64,000 nucleotides of DNA from the human T2T-CHM13v2.0 reference genome, Homo sapiens, in the NCBI RefSeq assembly GCF_009914755.1, contig NC_060942.1, one strand, 5' to 3'. Positions 27,947-42,201 of this stretch are shown here, in pieces; positions within the stretch are counted from its first letter, which is position 1, and every line of letters begins with the position of its first letter. The translations under genes and the position numbers were made by a program. The notes beneath the pieces are model-generated. The model was not told where the DNA came from and searched no databases. It was given only the letters and a program-made list of their open reading frames with translations.

Positions 27947-28428
27947 ACAGCCCATACATGGATTTGTTTCTTCAGGTGGGGGGATAATTGTATCCATGGA
28001 CTCTTCTTCATTAACTGACGGATCAAATTATTTTATGAAGCTATGATGAGAAATGGCTTGTGCTCTTGGGAAAATCAATGCCAATGTAGGTAATGCACCA
28101 GTCTAGCTGGTTTTTAATTTAAAGAACAAATTATCTTCTGGAATAGTAATAAATCCCCCTTTGGAACAGCAAGAAGACATCAGCTGTTGGATATGGGATA
28201 ATTACCATATGTTTCAATGTCGTAAAAAGGCACAGCAATTTTAATAACCCAGGTTGTGTACAAGAAAGCTCTTGCTTCTGAAGAATCCATCAACCATGCG
28301 CTATGATCATGTAATAATAAACTGCTGTTTACTTAATGCTGTTTTTATTTAAAGTTTTAATTAACATAACCTAGTCTTTGCAAAACATCTGATTACCTTT
28401 GACTCATATGTTTTCTGGTATATAATAA

Positions 28429-28819
<391 letters not shown>

Positions 28820-29407
28820 TGAACACCTATTTTGTCTAATTTTTATACCAACCTTTCACTTTGGCACATGGGAAATCTGATAAGGAATCGATATCACGGA
28901 AATACACATCACACTTTCTGCTTGCCGCTTTCTTCCAAAATAAACCCAAGGATTCCCCTTTTCCACCACCACCTTAATTTAGATAACCAAGATAAATGAG
29001 AAGGTTTTCGCACTTGATGGTGGGATTTCTTATCAAGGCTATTGAATTTGGTTTGGCACTGACTAATTTTGGTATCCATGTGTTTTTAGAGTAAGTTGTA
29101 GCTAGGGTGGTGGGGTGATGGGGAGACTCTCACTGAATGGCTCTAAATTCAGTATTTTATTCTTTAACCAAGCAGCTGTTCACACACATTTCTTAGGAAG
29201 TGGCTAAATAAAAATATGGCAGCCCTGGAATGAACAGAAACTGTTGCTCTTTCAAAAACCAGCAGCTACAAATAGTGATTTTTCTTCCACAAATACTTGT
29301 TTTTCTGTGACATTCTCATTGGTTTTATTCAGTTAAACTCCCAGACCATGTTGATTTTTTTTTGCCTTTTATTTTTTGAGCTCATAGGTAAAAGGAGTTG
29401 AAGTGAT

Positions 29408-29532
29408 TTTATTTTCTGTTTTTGTCTTTTTTTTTTAAGTTTTTGTAGAGACAGGGGTCTTGCTATGTTGCCCAGGCTGGTCTTGAACTCCCGGGCCTCA
29501 GGCAATCCTCCTGCCTCAGCCTCCCAAAGTGT
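29408..29532 (-). mobile_element. Alu monomer (FLAM-like)
   Basis: tttgtagagacaggggtcttgctatgttgcccaggctggtcttgaactcc. Confidence 0.8.
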
Positions 29533-29689
29533 ACCCAGTCTCAAGTTTTTTTCACATTATATATTTGTGTTCTTTCTGTTTTTAACTAATGGTCTCCATT
29601 ATTTAGGCTATATTAAAATAACAATAAAAACAGAGCAGATACAACAGAATTCATTTGGTTGGCCATTGGAGCTGTTTTTCCTTTTTCTT

Positions 29690-30311
29690 TTTAAACTGAC
29701 TTTATTTTTTTGGAGCAGTTTTAGGTTCAGAGCATAATTGAGAGGAAGGCACAGAAATTTCCCATGTATTTCCCCCACACAGGCACAGCCTCCCTCATCA
29801 TCAGCATCCCCCACCAGAGTGGTATGTTTGTTACAGTTGATGAGCCGACATTGACACATCATCACCTAAAGTCCATAGTTTACACTAGGGTTCTCTCTTG
29901 GTGTTGTACATGCTGTGGGTTTGGACAAATGTATAATGACATGTATTCACTATTATGGTGTCATACAGAATAATTTCACTGCCCTAAAAATCCTCTGTGC
30001 TTCATCTGTTCATCCCTACCATGCCCCTAAACCCTGGCAACCACTCATCCTTTTACTGATTTTTACAGTTCTGCCTCTTCTGGGATATCATGAAGCTGGT
30101 GGAATAATGCAGTGTGTAGCCTTTTCATAGTGGCTTCTTTTACTTAGTAATATGCATTTAAGGTTCCTCCGTGCCTCTTCATGGCCTGATAGCTCATTTC
30201 TTTTTAGTGCTGGGATAATATTCCACTGTCTGGAAATGCCACCGCTTAGTTAGTCATTCATCTACTGAAGGACAGCTGGGTTTTGGCAATTATGAATAAA
30301 GCTGCTATGAG
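29690..30311 (-). mobile_element. L1 3' end fragment (L1MB-like)
   Basis: agcagttttaggttca...gatagctcatttctttttagtgctg...tatgaataaagctgctat. Confidence 0.85.
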
Positions 30312-31094
30312 CTTTTTAAAAAATAGTTTAAATGACATATCAATACTTTAATATTTAAAATATCTCAGTGATCATATAGCCTCAGAAAGCACAGTTTTCT
30401 GAGCTGGGTGTCATGTTGAGTGGTGTTAGAGTGCCGTGCTGCGTGCTCAGGTGCTATGCTGTGAGGAAGGATGATAGGAGCAGATTCTGTATAAGCAGAT
30501 GCACAACCACCCACAGCTGCACTTTGGCACCCAGGGCAGACAAATAAAAAGGGGGCAAGATTTTTTTAGGGGAGATTCCTGGCAGATAGAGATTTTCTTC
30601 AGAATGTACAGATTTATTTTTGGGGGGTGGTTAGGGGCGACAGTTGTTTTAAGCAGAGTTTTGAAGGAGTTTGGTTTGGTGAGTGAAACAGTATTTCATT
30701 TTTGATTGCCTTTGTTTTTCCAGCAAGAAAGCTACTCCTGGTCTGTGGGCACACACCAAAAGGATTTGGGCAAGACAGAGGGAGCTTGTGTGTGCCCCCA
30801 GACCGGAGTCATACCACAGTTGTCAGATCACTTTGCGGCAGACCTTCCGACAGTCTCCTCATCTCTCTTGTGGAATTTGAGTTTGACCCACAGGTAGCAT
30901 TTTTTATTTTGGTGGTACCCTGATGTTTATAAGGAACCTCAGGACACTATTAGTTAGGAAGGAGATTGTCCCATGCAATTCAGCCTTGCAAGAGCTTCCT
31001 GGTTGATCTAGGGACAAGGTGTCTATCACTCAGCCCTCCAGGTCTTTTCTTCCTAAAGCAGGCTTTGGAGCAAAGCCTGACCGGTCTTTGCCTA

Positions 31095-32015
<921 letters not shown>

Positions 32016-32339
32016 TCCCCTAGTTACAACAAGGATGGGGCAGCTTATGGACGAGAGTGTCAAAAAATTCAGATTCTGTCCTACAGGGATCATCTTACCC
32101 TGCAGCTGAGTTGAGTGATTATTGAGAACATACTACGTGTTGATGCTGTTGCTTAGCACTGTGGGAGATACAGAGATACATAAAACTCTGCTTGCCCTGA
32201 GGTTGCTTGTGGTTTTGTTGGAAGAGAAGACGTGTGTGTAAAATTAGTCATAAGAAAAAGGTCGTGTTTGATCCTGAGAGCCAGATAGTGGTACCCAGCA
32301 GTGAGCATCCAAGCCCTTATCTCCCAAATAGGAGACTTT

Positions 32340-32510
32340 GTAGGCTGAAAACTGGCCCACAGATTTATTAGGTCCTGACCCCTGGAACTTGTCAATGTTG
32401 CCTTACATGAAAATGCCCCTGCAGATGTGATTAAATGAAGGGTCCCGGTATGGGGGGTTGTCCTGGATGAGCTGAGTGGGCCCTAAACGCAGTCACAAGT
32501 GTCCTTTTAA
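32340..32510 (+). mobile_element. MLT1 5' fragment, inverted copy of 31859-32013
   Basis: Reverse complement aligns by eye almost throughout. Confidence 0.85.
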
Positions 32511-33174
32511 GCCCCTGCTGTGCCTGTTCTCTTGGTAAATATCTCTGTGTGCTGGAACATTTGACCAGAGAGAGATTTCGGTGATCATATCCATATTTGA
32601 CTGTTTCCTATTCCATAATTTGTCGCTGTCTCCGAGTCTTTTCCCGGGAGCCCCCTATTACAAGTGCACCTTTCTGTGTTTATTCTTCCCTGTTGTGCTT
32701 CGATGATCCCTTTTTTCTATTCTTCAGTGGCTTTTTCTCCAGTAAAATAGCAGTTTAAATTCTTGAAGGGAAACAATTAAAAAATAATGTCTCTGGGTTA
32801 ACAAGTATGATTACCGTCATCTAAATCAGTGATACTACATGAGAATAAAATCAAGGAGACTTACATTTACAGTAGATGAATCTATGATAATATGCCCTAC
32901 CGTTTTGGGTAATTTAAATTTATGCTAGTTCACTCTGTCTACATGCATGTCATATCTTAGTGTAAATTATAGAAATATCCCTATAAAAGAAAAAATAATT
33001 TTTTTCTGTATATGTTTTAAGGGAACCTGAATTTCTTTGGGTTGTAATGCATGATACAGATAGTATTCTGGGAATACCTGATGTTCAGCTTATCCCTGGA
33101 ACCCTGGTTATCTTAGTAAAATATGCAGCAACAATATAGAAGACAATCCTGAATTTTCCACTGCACAATTAGGG

Positions 33175-33325
33175 CTTGATTCACCGTATGACTTGGGCAA
33201 ATTACTTAACTTTTTGAAACCACACTTTTCTGATTTTCAAAGTATGACTAATAATGGTTTCTGCCTTAGGATTATTAAGATGATTAAATGAAATAATGCA
33301 TGTGCAACGTTTAGAACATTGCTTT
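33175..33325 (+). mobile_element. MIR
   Basis: tgacttgggcaaattacttaac...ggattattaagatgattaaatgaaataatgcatgt. Confidence 0.7.
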
Positions 33326-34814
33326 AAAGTTTGTCTTTTCCTTCTCTCTCCCCTTTTTTCCTTTAAAATAAACAAACATGTTTGAGGGCTGGGTGAGTTG
33401 ATGGGCTCCCTTTAGTGCAGCACTTCTAAGTAATCACTGTTCCCTCTGGTTCATTCCATTGAGCACATGATGACAAACATTTCTGGGGATATCATGTCAC
33501 CTTGGATATAGAACAGTCTCCTAAATTACATTTTATATGACAATGTCTCACTGTATTTTTGTCCTCTTGAATTGCAGCATAGCATATTATTTCTTCCAGC
33601 AAAAAGCAAAATTAAATAAATAAGTGATTAAGTTGCTGGCTGTAGCTGATACTGATTCATGACATGACTGAGGATTACTTAGCCATCACATTGAATTGAT
33701 GACAGTTGCCTTCTAAATATTATCTTTAGTCACATCCCTCGAATGTTTGCAGTGACTTTCACTCCTCAACTAGAATATGCACGTTTACATACACATGCGA
33801 TAAGGCTGAAGAAGGCTTGTGGCTCAGCACAATTTGGTCTTGTATGCACAGTAATCATTCTGAAGTGTATGATTCTGTTTTATTAGAAATTCTCACTTGA
33901 ATTTCAAGAGAATAAAGGAGGATTCCTCCTACACAAAGCTGCTAATTGTTTGCACACTGTGTGCATCCCGCATGATAAGCGATTTGAGAAGGTGCCACAT
34001 CAGTGCCTTTATCCAAGTGTCACCTCCTGTCTACAGTTCCCTTAGCAGGGTGAAGGGAGAAAGATGCAAAGACTGAGCTTGGCTGAAACAAATGTATTTT
34101 TGTCCCCTTGACTTCTTGAATTGCAGCAGAGCATATGAATAACATTGATATATTTCTTGGCTGCTAGACAACAACGTATTTCTTTGACAGATTGACGCCT
34201 GAAAAGAAAAATACAGTATGTACTAATGAATCAAAACATTTTTTAGTACCTTTGTGTATACTAAATGTATTTTAGTTTCTATCTGGAGCTAGTTGCCATT
34301 TACTGTGGGTTTGAAATGCCCTAAGTTATCTTCTATGGATGGGTAGAATCAATTTACCCACACATTGACAGCTTTTACAGATAGGTCCTGTAACAGATAT
34401 AATTAAGTTAAATTTCATAAATAGATAGGCAGTCTCCTCCCCAGTCCTGGTCCCTTTGGGAGATGAATTGGGGTGGGGGTAATGGAGAGTTTCAAAAAGG
34501 CTTTCCGGTGTCTTTTTTTAAAAATAAGGTTTTAAGAGTTTCATGGTCAGCTGTTCTCAGTTTTTCTCAAGATGGTATCCAAAGTAAGGCTCAAATTTAT
34601 GATTTATCTTCCAAATGCTTAAATGGTCCATTTATGATCTGCCAGATGTTACAATGACTAGCTCCCCAAGGAACGATCAAGAATGTGCCAATGTCTGGGC
34701 AAGATTTTTATCCAGCAAAAAGAAAAAAACCATAAGAATTGGAGGTTTTACTTTGAAAAGTAAAATCAGCCACATCCATGACTTAAGAGACTGTACATAT
34801 TGTCATGGGTAAGG

Positions 34815-35000
34815 ATTTAGATCTTGGCTCCACTGCTTACTCACAGTGTACCCTGGACGAGTTACTAGGCCTTTCTGTGTTTTACTATGCTCTTTTGTAA
34901 CACAGGGAGAGATAGCATCTATCTTCTAAGGTTGTTGTGAGGATTAAGTGAACTAACTTGTGCAAAGCTCTTAGAATAGTGCTGGGCACAGAGTGGTGAG
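34815..35000 (+). mobile_element. MIR
   Basis: cttggctccactgcttact...ggttgttgtgaggattaagtga...agaatagtgctgggcacagag. Confidence 0.75.
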
Positions 35001-38000
35001 TGCCTTGTATATGCTAATAGTTGTTGATTTATAGCTTAAAATTAATTGTGTGATGCAAATAGGAGGGTTACCACCCCAAGCTTAAATGGAAGTTTTGCAG
35101 CACTTTGCACTCTTGAGGATGTATCTGGGTTTAATAGTACCTTCCATCTAGTGCACAAGTCTTCTCCCAGGCTCATCCTCCCAAACACCTCTCAGTGTTA
35201 TCCCCACTTTGCAAATGCAGTAGTAGCTGGGCTCACAGAAGTTAAATAACTACACCAAGTCACCATCCAAAAAGGTTCAGGGCCAGGAATAGAGCGAAAG
35301 ACAGAATACGGAGCCATGCTCTTTTTGCTGTCTTTCTCAGTGCTCAGTTCTCAGAATTACTCAGGAATGAGAGCAGAGAAACTCTGTATAGGCCATGCCT
35401 GGAGTTTTTTGCACATGGCAGTCAGAGAGTCCCAGCTCAGTTCAGTGCAGTATTACCGAATTCCAGTATATGCTGGGCTCTGTTAGGTGCAAGGGGTTCC
35501 AGGATGAATGAGTCTGTGGCCCAGTGGACAAGGTTTGCCCCTGTGTGCAGCTCTGTCTGCTTTACTAGATTTGCTCCTCAGATTCTAAATTGGAAGTATG
35601 TGCATATTGCTTGATTTACAGATTATTAGAGAATTTTTTTCAGTTAAACTTTGTCCAAAATAGACACTAAGGGCAAAGGAAACTGGTATTATTACAGCAG
35701 GGTGTATCTCATAAGCTCTGAGAATTGTACATGTATAAAGAATCTTTGAATCGCCGAGTCTTAGCCCCACGTTTTATACAGCACAGAAATACAGCACAGA
35801 AAGTTTAGGTGATTTCCCTTGGGTTCCATAGTGTGTTAGTCACCAGGTTCCTTTAACTCTCTCAGTACTCTTTCCTTTAAACTATGGAAGAGCTCAAATG
35901 ATTAAATCAATAAAAGAATGACAACTTATAGAGCTCATTTACGTGTCTGAATATATCAGTTTAGCCCAGAGTATCTGAACTCCTGGGCCATTGCTATTCA
36001 CTGACCCCTTCTCCTCCTCGTGTTCTAGTAAAATTCAGCCCATGAATATAGTCATTAGAAGTTGAATTTTAATGAAATTGGGCGCTTTGATCAATGGGAA
36101 GGTTGAAAGTTATGTGGGAATCATCTATATAGTTTATAGCTGTGACTATGTAGGCCAGCTCCTAAGTGCCCCCTGCAATGTGTCACTCTCTCTGGTTTTC
36201 TTTCCAGGGAGGTACCCTGTAGAATAACAGTCTAATTTACCTCTCAGACATCTGCTGTCTTTCAGACCTTATGCTAGTTTTGTGCATATCTTCATGATTC
36301 CTCTAATAATGCATTGGATTATAAACTATTATCTCCACTTGAGAGACGCTCAGAGAGGCTAGGGAGCTTACTCAGGGTCAGAGGGAGTGCAGCTGAACAG
36401 TTCTGCCAGGGTCCCTGTGATTGTTGGAGCAGCCTGTGTTTTTTCAAGCTGTTGTCTGTGAATCGTACGGTAGAAACATGGTGCGTATTTCTGCAGCCTT
36501 AGTTCTAGCCATTGAAATATCATGGAGTTGAATGCAGAATACCCATTAATGTTTAGGATGACCAAGAAACTGTGCCCAGGCCCCAAGCCCAGCTCTGTCA
36601 TCAGAGGTGAGTTACCACTGGTGCCATGCCCTTTGATTCCCTACAGGCGCCCTATGGAGGTGCCCACCAGTGTGCACTTGGAAGTGTGATGGAACGCATC
36701 ACATCCCCTTGTTGCCCCTGCCCCGGTGATAGGGGGATTCACTAAGAACTTCAGCATAGTGAGAGAATGTAACTGAAGCTCCTGGGTTAGTGCTGCTTGG
36801 TATCCCAGTTACTTTGTAGATTTCGGAATCTTTTGTCGTCTAGCCTGAGGATTACTGTTGATGACACAATTTTCTTTGGGATTATAGGCTTCATGTTTCA
36901 TACAACCAGCATATACGTAAATGGCCTCTTCAGTGTATCATGTATACACATTGGTGAATAGCTTCCCACTAGATAATGTTTTAAAGGGGAAAAAAAGAAG
37001 TCATTTCTAAAATCCCAAGAGAGTGTCCCCGTTTTGAGGTTAGAGCACGTTTTTTAGCCTTATTTAGTCTTGCATCTTGCTCCTTATGCTACCTTTCATT
37101 GCTTTATGAAATTATTTTTTAAGGGATACTTTCTAACATTCCATCCCACTTTTTTTAAAGCTCGTTCATATACTTTGTCCTCACAGAATAGAACAGGGTT
37201 TCTCAAATTGCACACACTGAACTCTGCAACACAACAGTTCCTTCATTGGAGACCAGATGAATTGAACCACTGGCTTTCTGAAAATAACTGTATGCTTTCC
37301 AGTTGGCCAGCCTTGGCAGGGACCCACTACTACTCCTATTTCTCAACAGTCAATTTAAAATATTGACAGTAGCTTAATAACATTCAATAGTAACTTGCAG
37401 CAGCCTTTCATATACCCTGACATCTGAGATATGTACCAGTTTATGAAATAGAACACGCAGATGGTCTTAGCCCCATTTTCCAGATGAGGACCCTTGTCCA
37501 GGGAAGGATTGGTGCCCATTTAGCTAGCTCTTTCCCAGCAAGCAACAGTACCCAAGGCTCCATGCCCCAGGCCTGGGAGGACCCCTCCCACGGCGTACTT
37601 CAGATCTCCACCTGTGACTTTGAACACATGCTTCGAGGTGATGTACTTCTTGGAGATAGTGCTTTCCTCATCTCTTCTACCTTGTAGTCGTCAGTAGAGG
37701 GCATGCAGTGCAACAGAAGTGGATTTCAGGACTGAGACTAGGGTGAGGCAAGAGAGGCATCAGAATGCAAAAGTGAAGTAGACACCTGCCGTCAGCACTG
37801 GGCAGCCCTGCTCCTGGGGCCTTACTTGACTCATCCTGGTGGGTTTTCCAAATGGCAGAGGTGCACAACCACTTCTTGCAAGCATGGGCACTTGAATTGT
37901 AGCCCATGTACACAGTGATTCTTGGAAAAAGTCATGAGTAATGAATGGAACTTTTCTCTCCCAGGTTGATCTTGTGTTTTGAGACATAAAGAGTCAAAGG

Positions 38001-38738
38001 TTGGTGCCTAGGATGCTCATTCTTATTGTTTTTGGTAGTTTGATTGTTGAAGGCTTTTGACACGACATTGAAGTGAATATTTGGGGCATTTTGCTCCTCT
38101 GGGCTTTTCTCTAAAGCACCCTCACATTTCCTCTCTCATGTTCCTGGGCTTTCCTGGCTTTGATGCTAGCCCCACTGTGTGTTCCCATTAATAGCCCTAT
38201 GTAGCCTGGCTCCTTATTCTGGAAACTGTGTAACTTTTGCTCTTGATCTTAAACACAACTCAGTCTTGCAAGGAGCTCCGCCTTTGGTCTCAGCTTCTTG
38301 GGGATTTCCCTGGCAGCCACATAGTGAACTATGTCACACTCTCTGTTTTACCCGTTAATAAGGAAATACTCTGGTACATGGAGCTTTGCTTGCTGATCTT
38401 TTTCTAAGTACTCTGGGGGCAAAAGGAAAAGCAGCTAGAGGATAAGGATGTAACTTTCTTCAAATTAAGCCATCCTGACCCGTGGTAGAGATTAGCCACT
38501 AAGAAATAGTGGAAACAAATAACTGTTTCACTCTTGAGTGTTAGCATGGAAGAGATTCTGGTTGAAATCCTAGTCCTGCCACTTTCTGGTTACAGAAACT
38601 TACATTACTTTTCTTTTGATGTTTCAAGGAGATAGGAGTTAAAGAAAAATGAACACCAGATTACTAGAACATTCTTATAGAGTTGCCCAAAGATGGAATG
38701 GACACCTTCCAGAGTGGAGGGGAGGGAGTAGGATTGGA

Positions 38739-38961
38739 CAGTAGTCCTCAACTGGGAGCACTTCTTCCCCCTGACCCCACACCTGCCTCCCAGGGACGTT
38801 TGACAGTTTTGGATTGCACAAAACTGAGGGGTGAGAGTTGCTGCTATATCTAGTGAGCAGAAGCCAGAGATGCTTCCAAATACCTTACGAAGCATAGGAC
38901 AGCCCTCACGGAAAGAATTATCTAGCTCCAAATGTTAATGATGCTGACTTTGAGATACCCT
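38739..38961. mobile_element. MER20-like hAT DNA transposon
   Basis: cagtagtcctcaactggg...gcataggacagccctcac...aaagaattatctagctccaaatgttaatgatgctga...gagataccct. Confidence 0.75.
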
Positions 38962-38981
38962 AGTCAGAAGTAACATTTATT

Positions 38982-39277
38982 GGCCAGGGGCAGTGGCTCA
39001 TACCTGTAATCTCAGCACTTTGGGAAGCCGAGGTGGGAGGATCACTTAAGCCCAGGACTTTGAGACCACCTGGACAAGACCCTGTCTCTACAAAAAAAAA
39101 AAAAAAAAATTAGCCTGATGTGGTAGTACATGCCTGTAGTCTTAGCTACTCAGGAGGCTGAAGTGGGAGGATTGCTTGGACCCAGGAGTTTGAGGCTACA
39201 GTGAGCTATGTTTGTGACACTGCACTTCAGCCTGGGCAACATAACAAGACTCTGTCTCAATTAAAAAAGAAAGAAAG
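38982..39277 (+). mobile_element. Alu (AluJ-like)
   Basis: Dimer with long A linker; TSD AACATTT. Confidence 0.9.
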
Positions 39278-40053
39278 AACATTTGTTGAATCTAATTTTC
39301 CCATGTAATATCAATGACTGTGCAAGATAAAGTGGTTTTTATCCTCACTTTGGATGAGATTGGCCTTTGGTGATTGAGAAACCTTCCTTTGGTTGTTCAG
39401 CTACTTCTAGATAGACATGGGATTTTAAACTAGCCATCTATATGTCCAAAACCCATCCGCTTTCCACAAACCCATTATGTAGTTAGCTCCCCATCACTGA
39501 TGATGTTCAAAGCTAAGCAGGGTGAGCAACCACTTGAAAGAGGGGATGGATGAGGATACAAGCCTAAGATGTATGTTGCACTAAATGACTTTTGAGGTCC
39601 CTCCTAAAGATCACATTCTCTGGTTCTATTTTGAAATGGGATTTGTCTTTTTAGCCCCAGTGTTAGAGTGGCAGCCAGATATCCCTTGGCTATGACCAGT
39701 GAAATCCCTGTGCTTTGTGCACCTGTGAATCTTACTCCTATTAATATCCCAGCCCTATCAGGCCAGAGGGCTAGGGTTCCAAACAGGGGCAGCCAGAAAT
39801 GCACCATCTTCTGCATCCCATCTGCATTCCGGGCCCAGGCAGTTATTTTTACCTCCATATGTAAATGGGCCCAGCGATTTCTCATTTAGGAGAACAGCAG
39901 AGGCACAAGTGAGGAGAGCTGGAGAAGGAGGGGAACCTATCATATACTCTGAGATTGCAATTTAGTATCAGTTTGCTGATCAGTGTCACTCCACTAGTTT
40001 AATAAGTAATTATAGTTTCTCTTTTGTGAACAAGGAAAACGGGTAGCTTCACC

Positions 40054-40222
40054 CAGTGGTTGTCAGCCCTGGCCAAAAATTAGAATAAGATAGAGGGCTT
40101 TTAAATCACACCTACAACTGAGCCCCTCCACCAGAAATTTAATTTTCTGAGGTGAGGCCTGGGTACAGTGATTTGAGAACTTTGCAGGGATTCCAGTGTC
40201 TAAGCAGCCTGGGCACCTCTGG
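40054..40222. mobile_element. MER5-like hAT fragment
   Basis: cagtggttgtcagccctggcc...ttagaat...ggtgaggcctggg. Confidence 0.5.
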
Positions 40223-41369
40223 TTAATGGCACACCTCAGTGCTGCGCATTCTGCTCCAGTACCTGCTGGTGTTACTCTGTCATAAAGAGACTAGAAAAAG
40301 AGTGAGTTGGGCCCTGTTTCTCAGTGTGTCTTCAGTGGATTGTAGGGAGAAGGAGGCCCATACTCTCTGCCTAAACGAGCACCTGCTAGACTCCGAAATC
40401 TAGTTAATGGAAGTTTCTCCTCATCCTTGGACATCCTTGTTTTATATGGTATACGTTCAAAATACATATAATCTTTGGTTTAATTTGTTTTACAAAGTTT
40501 TGAAGTTTTCCTCTCCACACTTTTCTCATCAAGCTGGTGTGTGGAAAGAAGGAATTTTTCTTTTCCATTGCTGTCATCTAAAATTGTTGTGTCGGGTGGG
40601 GAGGGGAGGGAGCCGGGAGACTTAGCTTTAACTACTTAGAAGTTTTCAGGGAAATGTTTTTATAACAACCTAGTTAATAGTTTGACTTTATGATAGATTC
40701 TGTTCCTTCATTATTTTGTCCTCCAGTGGCTTTTATACCCAGCAAAGTGGACCATGGTGTATGATTCAAGAAGGGTGAGGAGTATGTCTTTCTTTGGAAA
40801 GGCAGGGATGGAGGGTTGTGATTTAGAAAGGGTAAGCAGGAAAGGAGAGCCACAGAAGGCAAGCACTGTTCTCATGCCAGATCGGTTTCAAGGAAGAGGA
40901 CATATGGAAGGATCTAGAAAATGATTTCTCTAGAATTGTCCATGTCCAAGTCCCCTGGAATGTCTTTGTATATCCCCAGAGCTGTGCATGCTCCAGTTTG
41001 AAGAGCTCTGCTTTAAAAGATATCAGGGGTGGGGGAGATGAGGGGGGTGAAGTAAAAGAATAAAAACTATTCAATTCCATTTGTTTTCTCTTTCAAGCTC
41101 ATACGTTACTCATTTCATTTTTATATTAAAATATAGATGAGGAAGGAAGGGCACATGGCAAGATTTGGCAAGCATAATCCATGAGGGGATATGGAGTTGG
41201 GGATGGCAGCATAGCATACTAGGATTTTTGAGGAGGGATTCGGGGAGCCTGTTCATGTTTTCCTTACAACTCTGGTACATGAAGTACAGGTTCTGCATCA
41301 TGATGGAAGACTGCCTGGGTTCATGTTTGGGCCACTACCTACTAGCTCTATGACTTTGGGCAAGTTTCT

Positions 41370-41678
<309 letters not shown>

Positions 41679-41866
41679 AAGTTTCTTAACCTCCTTATAG
41701 CAGTGTTTGGCACATGATAGATGAGCTACAGGTTGGCTTGTTATTCCTTGCAATCCTGAGTTTCTCCCCAGAGTAAAGCTGGAGCTTTTCCCCCAGCCAA
41801 CTTTGGTGGAGTCCACTGGGCAGAGATGTGATTTCAGCCAAAATATGGCTAAAGGAGGAAAGGATC

Positions 41867-42201
41867 TGAGACAGCCAGGTGGAAATGGCTCCCCGGGAGA
41901 GCCTCTGACCGACCCGCACACTGGGAGGAGTGCGCACTGGGGTGGAGCCTTGGGAAGTTGGAGCCATTTGCAGCAGGGAGGAGCCTGGCCCCTCGTCTTC
42001 TTGGATGGTACCTAGGATTCAGTCTGCGAGGCAGGAAGCACACTAGCAGGACTCCAGCTTGGTGGAGAGTTCCTGCTTTCCTTTTTTTCCTTTTTGTCCA
42101 ATAAATCCCATTTTTCTCACCCTTTAAATTGTGAGCCTAATTTTTCGTAGTCATGTGACAAGGACCCCTCTTAAGCTGAACTAAGGAAAAGTCCTGCAGC
42201 A
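41867..42201 (+). mobile_element. Solo ERV1 LTR, MER61-like
   Basis: TG...CA ends, 4-bp TSD GATC on both sides, start TGAGACAGCCAGGTGG, AATAAA at 42100-42105. Confidence 0.85.

Noticed and set aside
37691-37704. CTCF-like TCAGTAGAGGGCAT (and a weaker match near 59500)
   Set aside because: Isolated partial matches expected by chance in 64 kb; needs ChIP data
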